Positions 11,771 through 25,572 of a stretch of 64,000 nucleotides of DNA are shown here, piece after piece (within the stretch, counting starts at the first letter, position 1; every line of letters begins with the position of its first letter). Made by a program: the position numbers and the translations under genes. Source of the DNA: Tubulanus polymorphus (taxonomy: Eukaryota; Animalia; Nemertea). The notes under the pieces are model-generated. The model did no database searches, was not told the origin of the DNA, and saw only the letters and a program-made list of their open reading frames with translations. Location of the stretch: contig NC_134026.1 in NCBI RefSeq assembly GCF_964204645.1, positions 12,175,950-12,239,949 of the forward strand. Reading direction: 5' to 3'.

Positions 11771-13466
11771 ACTTGGGGTCCAGGGACACCATGCCCACTT
11801 GGGAAGTGGTTTCAAATGTCCAACAATCTAACAATTTCAATATATAACGCCCCATGGTGACCATATACAAAAACCAATGACCTTGAAACCCACCACAATC
11901 ATAGAACATGTCAGCAGCTACGATTTTGTAATTGATTGTTATAACAAAATATGCCTCGTTACCAATTTAATATGGAAATACTAAGTTACTCTACTATTCG
12001 ACACCCCCTGGTGACCATATGCAAACCCAATGACCTTGAACCTCACCACAATAATAGCACATGTCATGAAATACAACTTTGCATTTGATTGGGGTAACAA
12101 AATATTCCTAGGTACCAATCTAATAAGGAAATACTTAGATATTCTACTATTCAACGCCCCCTGGTGACCATATAGAATAACTAATGCCCTAAAAACTCAC
12201 CAAAATCATAGGAAGATGACATGAGCTACAACTTTGCAATTGATTGTGGTAACAAAATATGCATAGGTACTAATATAATATAGAAATACTAAGTTATTGT
12301 ATTATTCAACGCTGCCTGGTGGCCATATACAAAAACCAATGACCTTGAAACCCACCACAATCATAGAACTTGTCAGCAGCTACGATTTTGTAATTGATTG
12401 TGATAACAAAATATGCCTCGTTACCAATTTAATATGGAAATACTAAGTTATTCTACTATTCGACACCCTCTGGTGACCATATGCAAACCCAATGACCTTG
12501 AACCTCACCACAATCATAGCACATGTCATGAACTACAACCTTGCATTAGATCATGGTAACAAAATATTCCTAGGTACCAATCTAATAAGGAAATACTTAG
12601 TAATTCTACTATTCAACGCCCCCTGGTGACCATATAGCATAACTAATGTCATAAGAACTCACCAAAATCATAGGAAGTTGACATGAGCTACAACTTTCCA
12701 ATTGATCGTGGTAACAAAATATGTATAGGTACTAATATAATACAGAAATACTAACCCTGGTGGCCATTTACAAAAACCAATGACCTCGAAACTCACGAAG
12801 ATCATAGAACACGTTATCAGCTACAACTTTCCAATTGATTATAGTAACACAATATGCTTAGGTATCAATTTAATTTTTCCCACCTACAAATGAGTACTGT
12901 TGACACCAAGATGGCCGCCAATTGCGTCATAATTGGCCAATCAAAAATACCTGTCTCAGGCATAAAACATCCTTTTCCATAGAATACCCATCACAAATTG
13001 CAATGAGAAATGGCAAACCAGTAGGCAGCTACAGGACCCGGAATCCGGCCAAAATTGACATTTTTGGGCACTATAAAGGTCCTAGGACGGCCATCTTTAG
13101 TCCGATCGACCTAATTTTTGACATGCTGATGGGCACTTGGTAGATTCAAGTATAGATACAAAAGATCAAGGTAATTGATCAAAGCGTCTTTTCCTCAATT
13201 TCCCTCAAAAACTTCAAAAATGGGTAAAAAATGCTGATTTTGGCGAGCAACAATGGCTGCCAGTCGGCCATCTTGATTCTGACAGGGCCAGTTTTTGGGC
13301 TGAAGATGAGTCTAGGGTAAATACAAGTATAAACCAAATATCAAGACATTACGTTGAAGCGTCTTCAAAACTTCCCAAAATAACTGGATTCCGTCTACGA
13401 ACGGACGGACGACGGACGAAAAGTGAACATAATAGCCAGCTGGGACTAAAGTCCCAAGTGGGCTAA
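11771..13466 (+). mobile_element. Non-autonomous Helitron/Helentron-like element with an internal satellite
   Basis: Interrupts a Polinton gene in an A-run with no clear TSD. Ends in a (GGAC)n microsatellite and a 3' hairpin GGGACT-AA-AGTCCC flanked by AGCC/GGCT. Confidence 0.65.
11845..12875. repeat. About 154-bp satellite organised as an approximately 462-bp three-monomer higher-order repeat
   Basis: Monomers start near 11847, 12001, 12154, 12309, 12463, 12616 and 12755. Monomer n resembles monomer n+3 most closely. Confidence 0.9.
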
Positions 13467-14399
13467 AAAAACGGATATTAGAATTTTAAAATAATTTAAG
13501 TAATAAGAAAAACTATTGAAAAAGTAAAAATTAAATATTATTTTATTATTAGTGTTTCTGTTACAATTAGTTCTGTAATAACATTTTTTGCAATGTTCAG
13601 CCCATTAACACCTTTAGCTATATCAATTGGTGTTTTAGGTTCAAGTGTTCTAACTGGAATAAGTTCAAAATTAAATATAAAAAGTCATTAGAAAAAATTA
13701 AATCTGATATAAAAGAAATAAATGAATTAAAAATACATTAGATTAAATAATTAGTTTAAATGGAAATATTACAATTGAAGAACAAGATAAATTATCAAAA
13801 GAATTCATTTATTATTAATTTTTTCATTATATAGATGGGAGATAATTTTCCAAGATCTTTTCAATATGATAAATCAATTAAATATAATATTCCGGCAATA
13901 GATTTTAATTAAAATGTTTCATATAAAGATTTAGTTTTTAATTAATTGATGAATTTAAATATTTATGATACTGAAACTAATAATTTTAATGTTAAAATGG
14001 AAAATATATTTCATGTATATTTAATTGATTTTAAAAAATTGAAAGATGAAAACCATTGGTTATTAAAGTTTAATATGATATATTGGCAGAATCAATTAAA
14101 TTTTGCAGTTTATTGTGCAACAACAGGATGTGGAATAAGTTGGATTGATAATTTAAATAATTCAAAAAAAAATTAATTCAAAGTTTATTTAGATTTCATA
14201 CTTATTTTCAAATTAGAATAATACTTAATGAATTAGAATGTCCATTACCGGGATCAAAATATATTGAAGAATTAGATGATAATATTAATTTATCAAAGTT
14301 TTATAAGATTTGTAACGATTCTAATATAAATATAAATAATTCCAATTTTAGAACAAAAATTGGAACAATTAGATCAATTCCTTGTCCTGAAAATATGTT

Positions 14400-17300
14400 A
14401 GAATATTGTGTACTTCCCCTAGGCAGCTAACGCCCGAACCGACTTTTGATAGCGGCGCCGTAACATAGCGCCATCTGGCGAGACGCCATCATCTTTTTGC
14501 GGCAATAATCACTCAATCGCCTGAGGGACGGCTGTATGGGAATACCCGTGTATTTTCCCAGGTAAGTATTCCTCGTAAATACCAATTTTTGAACAAACTT
14601 GTAATATTTACTTCGAATACCCTGGGAAAATACACCATAGCCAGAATCTCAAAGAATGGAGGAGGGAGGCGACCAAAAGTCGATTTAAATTCTCTACACT
14701 TGCACACACCCTAAAACTCTCAGCAGAAAACCGCAACAAACCCCAGGTGAGCCGTGGAAAACCAAAAATCAGGGAGCTACCGTGTCGCTCCCTTTTCAGT
14801 TCCTAACTGTACTGGTACTTATAACATGCCTATTATGACCCCGTTACACTTGAGTCGAAACAGGAAATCAAACAACCCGGTGTCAACTGACTCCCGAATA
14901 CCTTAGTAAGGCACTGCCATTACCTCGATATTAACCTAAACCAGAAGATTTAAAAAAAATTAAACTCTATACGCAGCCTTGCCCAGGCTATATAAATGAA
15001 ATCATGATTCATGTCTAAACATAATACCTATAACAAAAGGATCCCTTACCACTAACTGTCTTAGGGTAACCTAGGCCCTGTAAAAGGTGCCCACAACTTA
15101 TATACATCAACTTTCTTATAGCTGAATACAGAAGAAACCCCTTCGTCCCCAGGACCTGGTTTAAAAAGGTCTAACTGGGCCTGATGTTTTTTGGGGGTTT
15201 TTGTACGCTTATTCGTTGTGCAGTATCAATTGGACCCAACGTGGATAGTGAGCCTAACTGTCCAGAAACGTCCTTCAAATGAAATGACGAGAAGGTAGAT
15301 GGAGACGTCCAGAAGGCTGAACGACAGACCTGTTCCAAGGAAGCCCTCTCGCCAAGTCGTCTTGAAATGTGGACACAAACACCGGACACCTCGCGTTGAA
15401 GCGAGTGGCAAACAGGTCAGCGTTCGGACTTCCAATTAGGGCCCTGACTTGATTGGCTACCCTGACGGCCAATGTCCCCTCGGTGGCTACTGGCTTGTCT
15501 TGGCCACCACATTCAGGCTGCCGGCCAGGTGGGATATCGAAAGAATAATCCCTTGAGCCTGGACCCAAGTCAGAATCTGAGCTGCTAAGTTGGATAATGC
15601 TGGGGACCTTGTTTCCCCTGGTTGAGCAGATAAGCCTTCACTGTTGAGTTGTCCGTTGACAGCCACACACGATGACCCCCTAACCTCCTTTTGTTTGTGT
15701 TTGTTTGAAGGCCTTTTGAACCGCTAACAGTTCCAGGTGATTTATGTGGAGATGAGCTTCTGCTCGAGACCAGTTCCCAGCTTTCTGAAGACCTTCTACA
15801 TGTGCTCCCCAGCCCTGATGGCTGGCATCTGTGAATAGATGTATCGGGGCCTTAAATGGTGCTAGGGAGGTGCCTCTTGTCAAGTTCTGTGCGAGAGTCC
15901 ACCACTCGAGGTCGGGGATTAGGTTCACCGGTGGTACCGGCAATAAGGTATCCCACTCTTCCCCTTCCGATCTCTAAGCTTGCTTCCAGAATCTTTGAAG
16001 AGGACTGCTCTGTAAACGACCGACCGGAACTACGAGTGCAACTGAACTCCTCTGGCCCAAAATCTGAGACCAGTAGCGAGCTGATCTGGGCGCCCCCGTT
16101 AGGAGACCGAGAACTGCCTCCCTCAGCTTTTGAACTCTGGCCGGTGCTGGTCTGACTAAGGCCTACGTCAGGTCGAAGTGCATACCTAGGTACGTGAACC
16201 TTTGAGAGGGGGTCAACTGGGACTTCTCTAAATTCACTATGAAACCTAATTGACGGATCAAGGCCAGGGTCTTGTCTAAGGCTTCCTTGCACTCTGCTTC
16301 CGAATTTTCCACAACCAGCCCGTCAATCGTCCAGGTAACAAAATATGCGAACTCCCTTCGACTGAAGGTGTTTCTGGACCCTTTTGACGAGAATGCCGTA
16401 GACCCAAGGGGCTGAACTCAGGCCGAAGGGCAGAGACCGAAATTGGTACGTTCTTCCCTCCAACGAAGTCTTAAATACTTCCTTGAGTTCTTGTGTATTG
16501 GTACTTGGAGGTATGCATCCTTCAGATCTATGGATGCTGCCCATTGGCCTGGTTTCAGCCCCTGAATCACCTCCTTGGGTGTTGTTAGCTTGAATTTTGG
16601 GGCTATGATATTCTTAAGCCCCCGGATGATTTTGGGACGGTGAAAATTCTTGAATACCATCCCGAAGATCCTAGAGGGATTTCTTCCAGCGATCTTTTTA
16701 AAAATCATCTCGTTGATCGCTGGCGTAACGTGGGACTCCTGCCCCCACTTTGGCCTCATTTCCACCGGCTGATGAGATAGATGCGGTTTGTGAACGAATT
16801 TCAGTCGGTATCCTTTGGAAACTATCTTTGTAGCCCAAGTGTCGCCAAATTTTTCTAGCCAGTGGGAAGAGGCGTCTTGAAGGCAAGAGCCCACTGGCCT
16901 GACATCTTCAACGGGTACCTGTGTTGGTGCGGCCACGAAAGGGCCGGTTGAGGCCCCTACGTAATCTAGCCCTACCCCTTTGGGGATTGTCATTATAAGA
17001 ACTTTGAGAAAAACTGTTATAATTGTTATTGTTGTTGCTTTGAGCTCCCTTGGAGCTTGTCCAACCCGCTTTTTGTAGCTAAATTTGCTGTTGTCTTGCG
17101 ATTGACTGTATCCAGGCTGATTTTCCGGTAAGTATCTGTAAGTAGAGTTATCGGCGTAATTACTAGGCTTTTTGGTGTCTTCCATGACTGCCTGTCGGCC
17201 TTAGCCTGAGATTCTCTGATCTTGGTGCCCTCCGCATCGGCCGATGCACAGCATCCAGAGAAAACCCGTGAGGAATTGCCCAGCGGTGCTCTGTATAGTG

Positions 17301-20300
17301 CTACTTTCACCGGTTCTGGAAGTTTGGAGTCGGCTAACAAGCTATATCTCCTGACCAAGGCTAGGTTAGCCTGGATCCTTATACCCAAAGGTACTTGGTG
17401 ACACAACGCCTTGGCCATAGACTGTAGAATTCTCTCTATGGTCGTTACGTGTTCGGACATTGTCCCTGGGTCCGGATTATCCTGGACCAGTTGAGATTTT
17501 ACTTTTTCTAACTCGCCGTGCATGGCAACCAGTGAAATATCTTGGAAAGAAGCGATTTGACAAATGCTTCGAGCTAATCGGTTCAACGCTCCCATTGCTT
17601 GTTTTGGTAAAGTGTAGGTGGGCGGTGGTTTTTTGGGTAGTCCTATCGTAGTTGACCCATCGGAGTCTAACTCAAAGCGTGGTTTGAATCCGGGGTCATC
17701 AGCACCTGGTGTGGCGTAATAATAACGGTTCCTGAACTTCGCTGAAAAAGCTGAAACGCTGAAATAAAAACGCGGAAATTTCAGGCAATTTCCGAAAAAT
17801 GCCTAAATTTCAGGGAATTCCCGAAAAACGCTGAAATCGTGCTAGGTACCGACAAAACACGTTTTGAAAATTTTTCCGGGCCGGTGTCCGCTGCCGAGTC
17901 CTGAACCGTGTTTTAGTCTTTACCTCCGGTGACCGAGACATGCCTTAAGGTAGTCGTCATGTTCGACTTGATCGATTGCGGATGGCATCAGACCACAATT
18001 AGGTTAGTAGCTCGAAGATGCGTAGGGTCAGACCCCAAAAATAGTACCTAGAGTGAAGAAGAGGTCCGTTGCCATAATTTCTGCAAATGGGATAGGTAAC
18101 GAATTTCGTTAATATGTATGAAATCCATCGAACCTGAGGGACAGATTGATGATGAAATGAGGGATTCCCTGGACTTTTTTGCTTGGAGTAAGGGTACCAA
18201 ACACGGTGGGGGATTCCCTTAGATATTGGGCTCGGATGTACAGGCATACCTGTACTGGGATACCCCTCCTTTCTAAAGGTTTGATTATTTCAAAAGTTAG
18301 GTTGGGTATGTGGGGCGAAAACCACTTCAGTGTGTAGCTTAAGATGCTGGCCTATGAGCCATAAGCAGGATTTCCCCTGAATTTACGCGCTTATATGTGA
18401 ACTAAACTCTCGAATTTCTTGTTTTTACTATAGGATATAGAAGATTTTGGAATAGTGGTGTGAGCTCGGATTGCGTGGATTGTTAGATGTGTTTTTTGTT
18501 TTATGTGCAAATACCGGTACGATCTAACAATGAAGTTATCACTTCATTTGAATAAATTCTTAATTACAGTTATATTATTTCTCAATATTTTTTCTTATGT
18601 TTGGTGATTTCTTGCAACTTATCATACAAGTAGTTGCTGAATGTAAAGTACAGTTAGGCTGAACCCGATAACCGAAATTAAGTGCTAGCATGGAACTTAT
18701 GATTATTTTGATTCTATTTTCGGTGTCATGGAAATTCGTTAATAAAGGTTCAACCGTCATAGTATTCTGTACTTAGCATTGCTACGATTGGGTGCCATAT
18801 TTCTACAAGGAGGAAGGAGTCTTGAAGTGTCTTTCGTTCCCGGGTAGGGTACGGGGTAAATCCTGGTTTACTTTTATCTTTCAACTTGCTGGAGACTACT
18901 ATCTGCAATGTATTGCATGTTTTGATATGTCTGGCTTATAAGAGTCGAACGACATTTTCCCATACACAGGCTTGGTTTTAGTGTAGATGATGTGTAGAAG
19001 TGTAGAAGGCTAGGCACTGCACATTGTGGATTGACTGGAACTCTAAACTCACAAAAGTAAACGTGTCAACTAGAAAGATCCAATAATTGGACGTTTGTCA
19101 AACTATATTTAACAGCTTAAAATAATACATAACACATTGTAATAATACAATAATACATTGTGCAAGAGTACACAAAGGAAATTAGTTCTTACATTATATC
19201 AGAATCAATAGTTCGCTTAACTCGGGCTTGAATTCTGGTTCCATTGCTTCATATTCTAATGAAATCCACTAGTATGCCTTCGAATATCGCTTAGGTTAAG
19301 ACTAAAAATTTGGTACCAGGAAAACGGGGAAGTAAAGTGGGTGTACTGTACATCCGCAATTGACTTATTTCTCTCTGGTTGAATCAAGTTATTACTGAAA
19401 TAGCATTCGAATAGCCATTTTATTTTTAGAAATTGTCTCGTTCAGCTATCCTGCTGCAAATTTCGCAGTTGAAGTTTACTGGTTCCATCTGATTTCTCAG
19501 TATCTCAAAAAATTTGCACATTCTTACCCCGAAAAAGGTGCATTTAAGTAGGAAATAAAAGAATAGTGGCTAATACACCTTGGACTATATAGCCTATGGG
19601 GTGGGTGGGCCTAGTTTGAAAGCACTGAGGTCCGAGGGAACAGCACTAAAAACAGCAAAATACAGCACAATAAATACTGAAATTAAACTTACAAACACCC
19701 AGTACTTGAGATGATGTACTTGACAAGAAGTGTGTCCAGCTAAGCAAATCAACTTTGTCTATGATTCTTCCTTTTATAGATACAGTAGTAGTCTAAAAAT
19801 AAGAATCGGTACATATTTCTAACAGTAGGTATGTCATTTCTTCAAAAAAAACTAATTATTATCACACCACAGCAAATAAATTATTCACAGTTTTAGAATG
19901 GTTTGCCCGATTTAGATTAATCGGTTGATGCTAACTAGTATGACCCATACGTAGGGGCCTACTGCATGCCACTGGCGTCAATCCATTCCATTCCACGGTG
20001 AATTGAAAAGAAATTTAATCAGATCTCTTTTGTCCAAAAGCTGCATCATTTATATAACTAGCTATCAAATTTAATTTACCTCCTTCAGAGGATACCATAG
20101 TCCGACGTGTTGACTAAGAAAAGTTGCTTCTGACGTAATCATGTTTTATACATGAACGGTGAGATAAGATTTTTGCGTCTTGCAGAAGTAATATTCTTGG
20201 AATATTGAGCATAGTGTTTAAGTTGGCTTGCACGGTTCGTGAATGAGTTTTCCTCATTATGCTGCCTGTATACATTTAAACATCCGGATTTCAAGGAAAT

Positions 20301-21065
20301 TAATTTGTCCAACAAATGGCCCTCTAGAAGTATACTCCCCACATACTGTCCATGCATGTCTCTGTTACCAAAGGTAGAGACTAAAACACGGTTCAGGACT
20401 CGGCAGCGGACACCGGCGCGGAAAATATTTCAAAACGTATATTATCGGTACCTAGCACGATTTCAGCGTTTTTCGGGAATTCCCTGAAATTTCGGCGTTT
20501 TTCGGAAATTCCCTGATATTTCAGCGTTTTTATTTCAGCGTTTCAGTGTTTCAGCTTTTTCAGCGAAGTTCAGGAACCGTAATAATAAGTCTTGTACCCC
20601 GATATGGGCGGGTACAAGGGAGAGAAAAATTTTGAATCCTTCATGCCTGCCTCTAATGGAGGATAATCCAAGTGTTGTCGGTACGCTTACCACCCCACAG
20701 TGTCGTGTCCAAAGTCTCGGGCTATTCTTCTCTATATGCAGAATGTGGTGCCAAAACTAACTCTTCGGTGTCGTCGGATGGACTGAATATTTTGGCGGCC
20801 GACCCTCTAGGCTGGGTGGGTTTAGGTTTGGCCTTGGTACCTCCATATCTGGAGAAAACTTCTTTTACTAAGTCCTTGAATGGAATGTCCCCCGTCCCTC
20901 CATTGTGGATGGTGACGGAGAGCACGATCCGTCCCTGGTTAGATCAGGATCTTCTGGATCACGAGATTTTTCCTCGTCAGAAAATTCGTTGACATCATCC
21001 AACACTAACCCATCTATTGGGTTGCAGGACGGCTATGGGCGGCCATCCCCGCCAAAAAGACAAAC
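14400..21065 (-). mobile_element. DIRS1-type retrotransposon, decayed, internally deleted and interrupted at 17726-20579
   Basis: Gag 17026-17716 plus 20589-21065; RT (SIDLKDAY, LPFGLSSAP, CYLDD) about 16300-16900; RNase H (LFTDAS..GWGAH, HINHLELLAV); methyltransferase-like DLFATRFN joined directly to the recombinase C-terminus (AFWTSPSTFSSFHLKD); ICR-like inverted repeat GTGTATTTTCCCAGG/CCTGGGAAAATACAC at about 14548-14635. Confidence 0.88.
17726..20579. mobile_element. Non-autonomous long-TIR DNA transposon, probably Mutator/MULE
   Basis: TIRs of about 220 bp (CGGTTCCTGAACTTCGCTG... / ...CAGCGAAGTTCAGGAACCG) and a 9-bp TSD TAATAATAA at 17717-17725 and 20580-20588. Removing it restores the DIRS gag reading YKTYYYATP. 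Confidence 0.88.
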
Positions 21066-21344
21066 TTCCTGTGTTCGTGAAAATGACATGAATGCGTGAA
21101 AATGTCAGTAGGTGGCGCTGTTTATCAAAAAGATAAACTCGTGTTTTCGTAAAAAAGACATCGATGCATAAAAATATCTGTAGGTGGCGATACTAGAGCA
21201 TAGTTGTAAACCGGAAATCAATTACTTTGAATAGATAAAATAAAATTAATTGAAATTGAATCGAGGTCGTGTGGATAAACATTCTTATGAATAAAGTCAA
21301 AGATCCGTGATCTGTCGTCAATCGGCCCACACCACTCCACAACT

Positions 21345-23380
21345 ATGGATGAAAGTCTAAATGCGCAACAATATTTCATGCGGAAATTATCGCACTTAAT
21401 TGAACAATTAAGTTTCACGAATGATTATGATTCGCTTATACACCAGCTTGACAGATTAACCAGAGATATGATTCAGTTCAATTTCGACGATGCTGCAATA
21501 ATTGTTGCAAGAGCGCTTGATGTAATGAAAAACAATTCAAAATTACTCACTGATGATAGTACTGCTGTCAATAATGTACCAATGACTACCAGAGGGTTCG
21601 TTAAGGTTCTATGTAGGCAAGTTGTTTTAAGAATTTGATATAGGGCCTAATGCCGACGCAGCATATTATTCCAGCTAGGCCTAATGCTATTTTGTCGACA
21701 TATCTACTAGATTAGATATTTATTGCGGTTTAGGGTCCGTTTTTGGCTTAAAGGCACAGGGGCTTAACACATAAAGTTTTTGTCCCCAGTATCAATACCC
21801 ACTTGTATCCCGGATCAAAATACTATTAAGAGAATATTCCATTTTTAATCTTAGCACCAATCTAAATTTTAGATTATTTTGAATATGGCTTTTGTCAATT
21901 ATTCTCTTTAAATCTCGCTTTCAGAAAATCAATTTACAGTCAATCAGATGGCTGAAATTATGAGAATTAGTAAACGTACTATTGAGAGAAGGATGCAACA
22001 GTTTGGTATATCAATGAGCCAATCGTATTCTAAACTTACAGATGAACAACTGGATTTCAAAGTGATAGCAATATTGAAAAACTTTCCTAACTCAGGTAAA
22101 AAAATCTGATTACATGTCCATGTATATGTAGTTTAAAATTATTATCTTGTGTTCCCCTCGCTCTCACCTCCGAATCTCCCTCTCTATACGCAGGGTTCGA
22201 TAATTAATCTTTTTCAAGGGGAGTAAAGACAAGTGTATCGGCACATTTGCTGTCCGCTGGCCATAGATTACAGAGGAGTCGTGTCAGGCAGTCTATGTGG
22301 CGTGTTGAGGAAGTGAAATAAGAAGTTTACAGCATAGAATTAAGCACAGAGCTTACAGTGTACATGGGCCCTTGTACTTGTGGCATATTGATGGGTACCA
22401 TAAACTTATAAGGTAAGTTGGCAATGATATCTCTCATATAAGGAAGCGTTCAAAAAGTATGTACAAAATATCCTGATCCGCTGGTACGTACCATGCAAAT
22501 ACCCCACCCCTCCACCCAGGTATTGATGAATTCTTATCAATATTGTTATTTGGTGTACAAGAGTCAACTAAACTTAAGAACCATATATATCATCATGAAA
22601 GAGATACATGTATGAAGATACATCTTGCATTTCAAACTTATTTTTCATTACAGATGGAATTTCGTTGTTCATGGTGGAGTTGATGGATATAGCAGGGCCA
22701 TTGTATATCTGTCCTGAAGTGACAACAACCGTTCAGAAACTGTACTGAACGTATGTGGGGAAGCTGTTCAAGTGTGGGGATTACCAGTCAGAGTAAGAGC
22801 TAATCATGGTTCTGAAATGTAGATGTAAAAAGGTTCATGTTTAGCCACCCATTGCGCGGACCTGATAGATCACCTTTTATCGTAGGTCGATCAGTACAAG
22901 GATTGAACGCCGTTGGCGTGACTTATATGAAGCAGTTAGATCAACGTTCTATGAGCTTTTTTATAATCTTGAAAGAATTGGTGTTTTGGACTTAAAAATG
23001 ATGTACATATGTTTTGCTTGCATTATGTTTTCCTGCCCAAAATAAATCATATGCTGAAAAAATTGGTTGATATGTGGAACAATCACAAAGTCAGGACTGC
23101 AAGAAACTTGACACCACTTCAGCAATTCATAAGTGGTCCAATACATCAGGACAATCATCTAGATGAGTTAATAGATGATTATGGGAGAGAAAACAATGCT
23201 CCAATACCAGCTAATGAAGAAGAATACACTGTCAATGTAGATGGTAAATTCCTAAAGCTTTGTGATTTTGATATGTTAAATCTAAAAGCCACCATAGATC
23301 CATATCAGGGGTTAGATGCAGATATTTTGGATTATAATATTTATCTTCAAACTGTTGAATTTGTAAAAAAATTGCGTTGA
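21345..23380 (+). pseudogene. Intron-containing integrase-core DDE transposase (IS3-like eukaryotic type, possibly IS3EU)
   Basis: Exons approximately 21345-21594, 21925-22095, 22194-22412 and 22654-23380 with GT/AG ends. HTH (QMAEIMRISKRTIERRM), [33 protein letters not shown] and WNNHKVRT. Contains stops and frameshifts. Confidence 0.75.
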
Positions 23381-23904
23381 TACCCTCTCAGAGTCCGAGT
23401 AAACATATAATCCTTGTTGAAAATATGGATTATTTGGCATTGCATTTACTTTATTTGTATTATCATAGTTGTATTCATATTTTACCTGTACGTCTAGCTT
23501 AAATCTTTAACATCTGACCAATAGCTGTAATTATCATCTCTGATAATTGAATCTACATCACTGTAGGCTGCATCAAAGTAATAAAGCAGTTCAAATGGAA
23601 GGAAGTCTGGCTCGTTTCCCTCTGTGTTTCTCCCCCTCGGGCCTATGGAATATTTGACAGTTATACCAACAACCAAATAAGGCTAAAAAGTTATACCTTG
23701 TTTCTCATAATCTTGGGTGTCACCTATGTAAGTAATAACTGTTGGTTCTGTTATCTTTAGTAGCATGATTTACTGGGTATATATGGTATTTACCGGCTGG
23801 GTCAACTTTTAAGGCTCGGCAGATTTGGTTTTATTGGTTGCGCCAGTCTTGAATCCACAGGTATAATTTATAAATAACTACCTATCTTGTTTTATACTGG
23901 ATCA

Positions 23905-24375
23905 CAAAATAGTATGACATGAATTAAGAATATCAAACCTTTATTATGCTGTATACATGGCAGATTATCTATATTGCATTGAATATATAAATGTATATGT
24001 ACATTCATAGATTTATGTAGACTATGTAGGTCAAAACAATACAAAAATATCGTGTTTTTAGTATATCAAAATTATAGTGAGATATGAATTAAGAAGATTA
24101 AACCCGTTATTTTGCAGTATTACATTGTGTATATATTGCATCCAATGTATATGTACATTCATAGATATATCTAGACTCTAAAAACAATACTGGTAGGCTT
24201 AGAAAAATAGTGTTTTTAACATACTACAGCACAAAATTATAGTCAGCTATGAATTAAGAAGATTAAACATGTTATTTTGCAGTATTACATTGTGTATATA
24301 TTGCATCCAATGTATATGTACATTCATAAATATATCTAGACTATTTAGGCTAACAACAATACTGGTAGGCTTACT
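23905..24375. repeat. About 165-bp tandem repeat, 3 copies
   Basis: ATGAATTAAGAA...TATATTGCAT...AATGTATATGTACATTCATA recurs at about 23919, 24084 and 24249. Confidence 0.85.
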
Positions 24376-24409
24376 AGTTGTGAATGAGGATACAAACCAT
24401 ATGAACAAT

Positions 24410-25158
24410 ATGAACATAGGGGTCCAAGGATTCCATGCCTACTTAAGAAGTGGTTTTGAAATGCTTGAGAATCTGACAATTTCAATATTAAACATCTACA
24501 GAAACTAATGTCTTTGAAACTTGCCACAATCATTGAAATACTATACAGTATCATCATTCAATGCCCTCTGCTGAGTGTATGAGAACAAAAAATAGGGGTC
24601 CAGGGAGACCACGCCCAATATTGTAAGCAATGACCTCACAATTAATTCACCACAATCATAGAACATGTCATGAGCTACAATTTTGCAATTGATTGTGGTT
24701 ACAAAATATGCCTAGGCACCAATAAAATAGGAAAATACTAAGTTATAATGACCTTGACCATACAACATATCACAAGCTACAACCCCCTGGTGGCGAGAAC
24801 AAAACCTGGGTAAAGAAATTCCCCAATTCCACGTGAGGAGATGAATACTATGACAGTGATACTATTTATCAAATATCAAGATTATAGGTCAAAACCTGTC
24901 GATATATTTCTTCAAATCCTTTTTTACTAGGACTGATGAAACTAAGATGGCCGCCAATATCGTCACGCTTGACTGATCAAAGAATCTGTCAGAAGAGCTC
25001 TTCTTAAAGTAAAACCATCGCGAATTTCAATGAAATGGCAAACCATTCGGAAGCTACTGGTCTGGGAATTCAGGGCAAAAATTACCTTTGTGGGCACGAA
25101 AAAGGTCACATGACGGCCATCTTTGGCCAATCAACCCAAGTTTTCTTACGTTGATACA
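24410..25158 (+). mobile_element. Second, truncated relative of the Helentron-like element at 11771
   Basis: Shares the GGGGTCCAGGGA start motif, one satellite monomer (CACCACAATCATAGAACATGTCA) and the AAGATGGCCGCCAAT and GACGGCCATCTTT blocks. Cut by the Polinton terminus. Confidence 0.65.
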
Positions 25159-25327
25159 AGTAATAGGGGTTTAGTTGTTCTAGATCAAAGGTCGACCGGT
25201 CGAGAAATTTTCCAAATGTGAAATAACAATAATTTCTACTTGAATTAGTCGCGCACACTCCTAATTCAAGTAGAAATTATTATTATTTAACATTTGGAAA
25301 ACCTAGAACAACTAAACCCCTATTACT
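25159..25327. repeat. Terminal fold-back palindrome of the Polinton
   Basis: 25-bp outer stem AGTAATAGGGGTTTAGTTGTTCTAG/CTAGAACAACTAAACCCCTATTACT, an inner stem of about 40 bp and a 12-nt loop. Confidence 0.92.
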
Positions 25328-25572
25328 CTTAAAATATTCATATGCATGAATAAAATATATATGAATAACATTTAAATTGACGGATTATTCGATATAAAAG
25401 TGTGAGCTCTTATAGAATAGATATATAGATATATTTTAAACATTATTTCAATATTCATATTTGTATGAGTTAGATTTTTAATCATTAAAAGTGTTAGTAA
25501 AGTGTGATTGAAATAATACATATATAAATCATTGAACTTCTAAAATCAATTTAGTAAAAATATGTATAATAA

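Larger units (their letters stand above)
11386..14395 (+). mobile_element. Decayed Polinton segment (homologues of the genes at 61374, 60937 and 60487), split by an insertion at about 11771-13466
   Basis: Translates to ISHRDFKSVDEAMSLYN..., MEDK..., FSPLTPLAISIGVLG and YWQNQLNFAVYCATTGCGISW, in the same gene order as the best-preserved copy. Confidence 0.9.

Noticed and set aside
17950-20350. Transposase inside the long-TIR element
   Set aside because: Only short ORFs without MULE or other DDE motifs; treated as non-autonomous filler.
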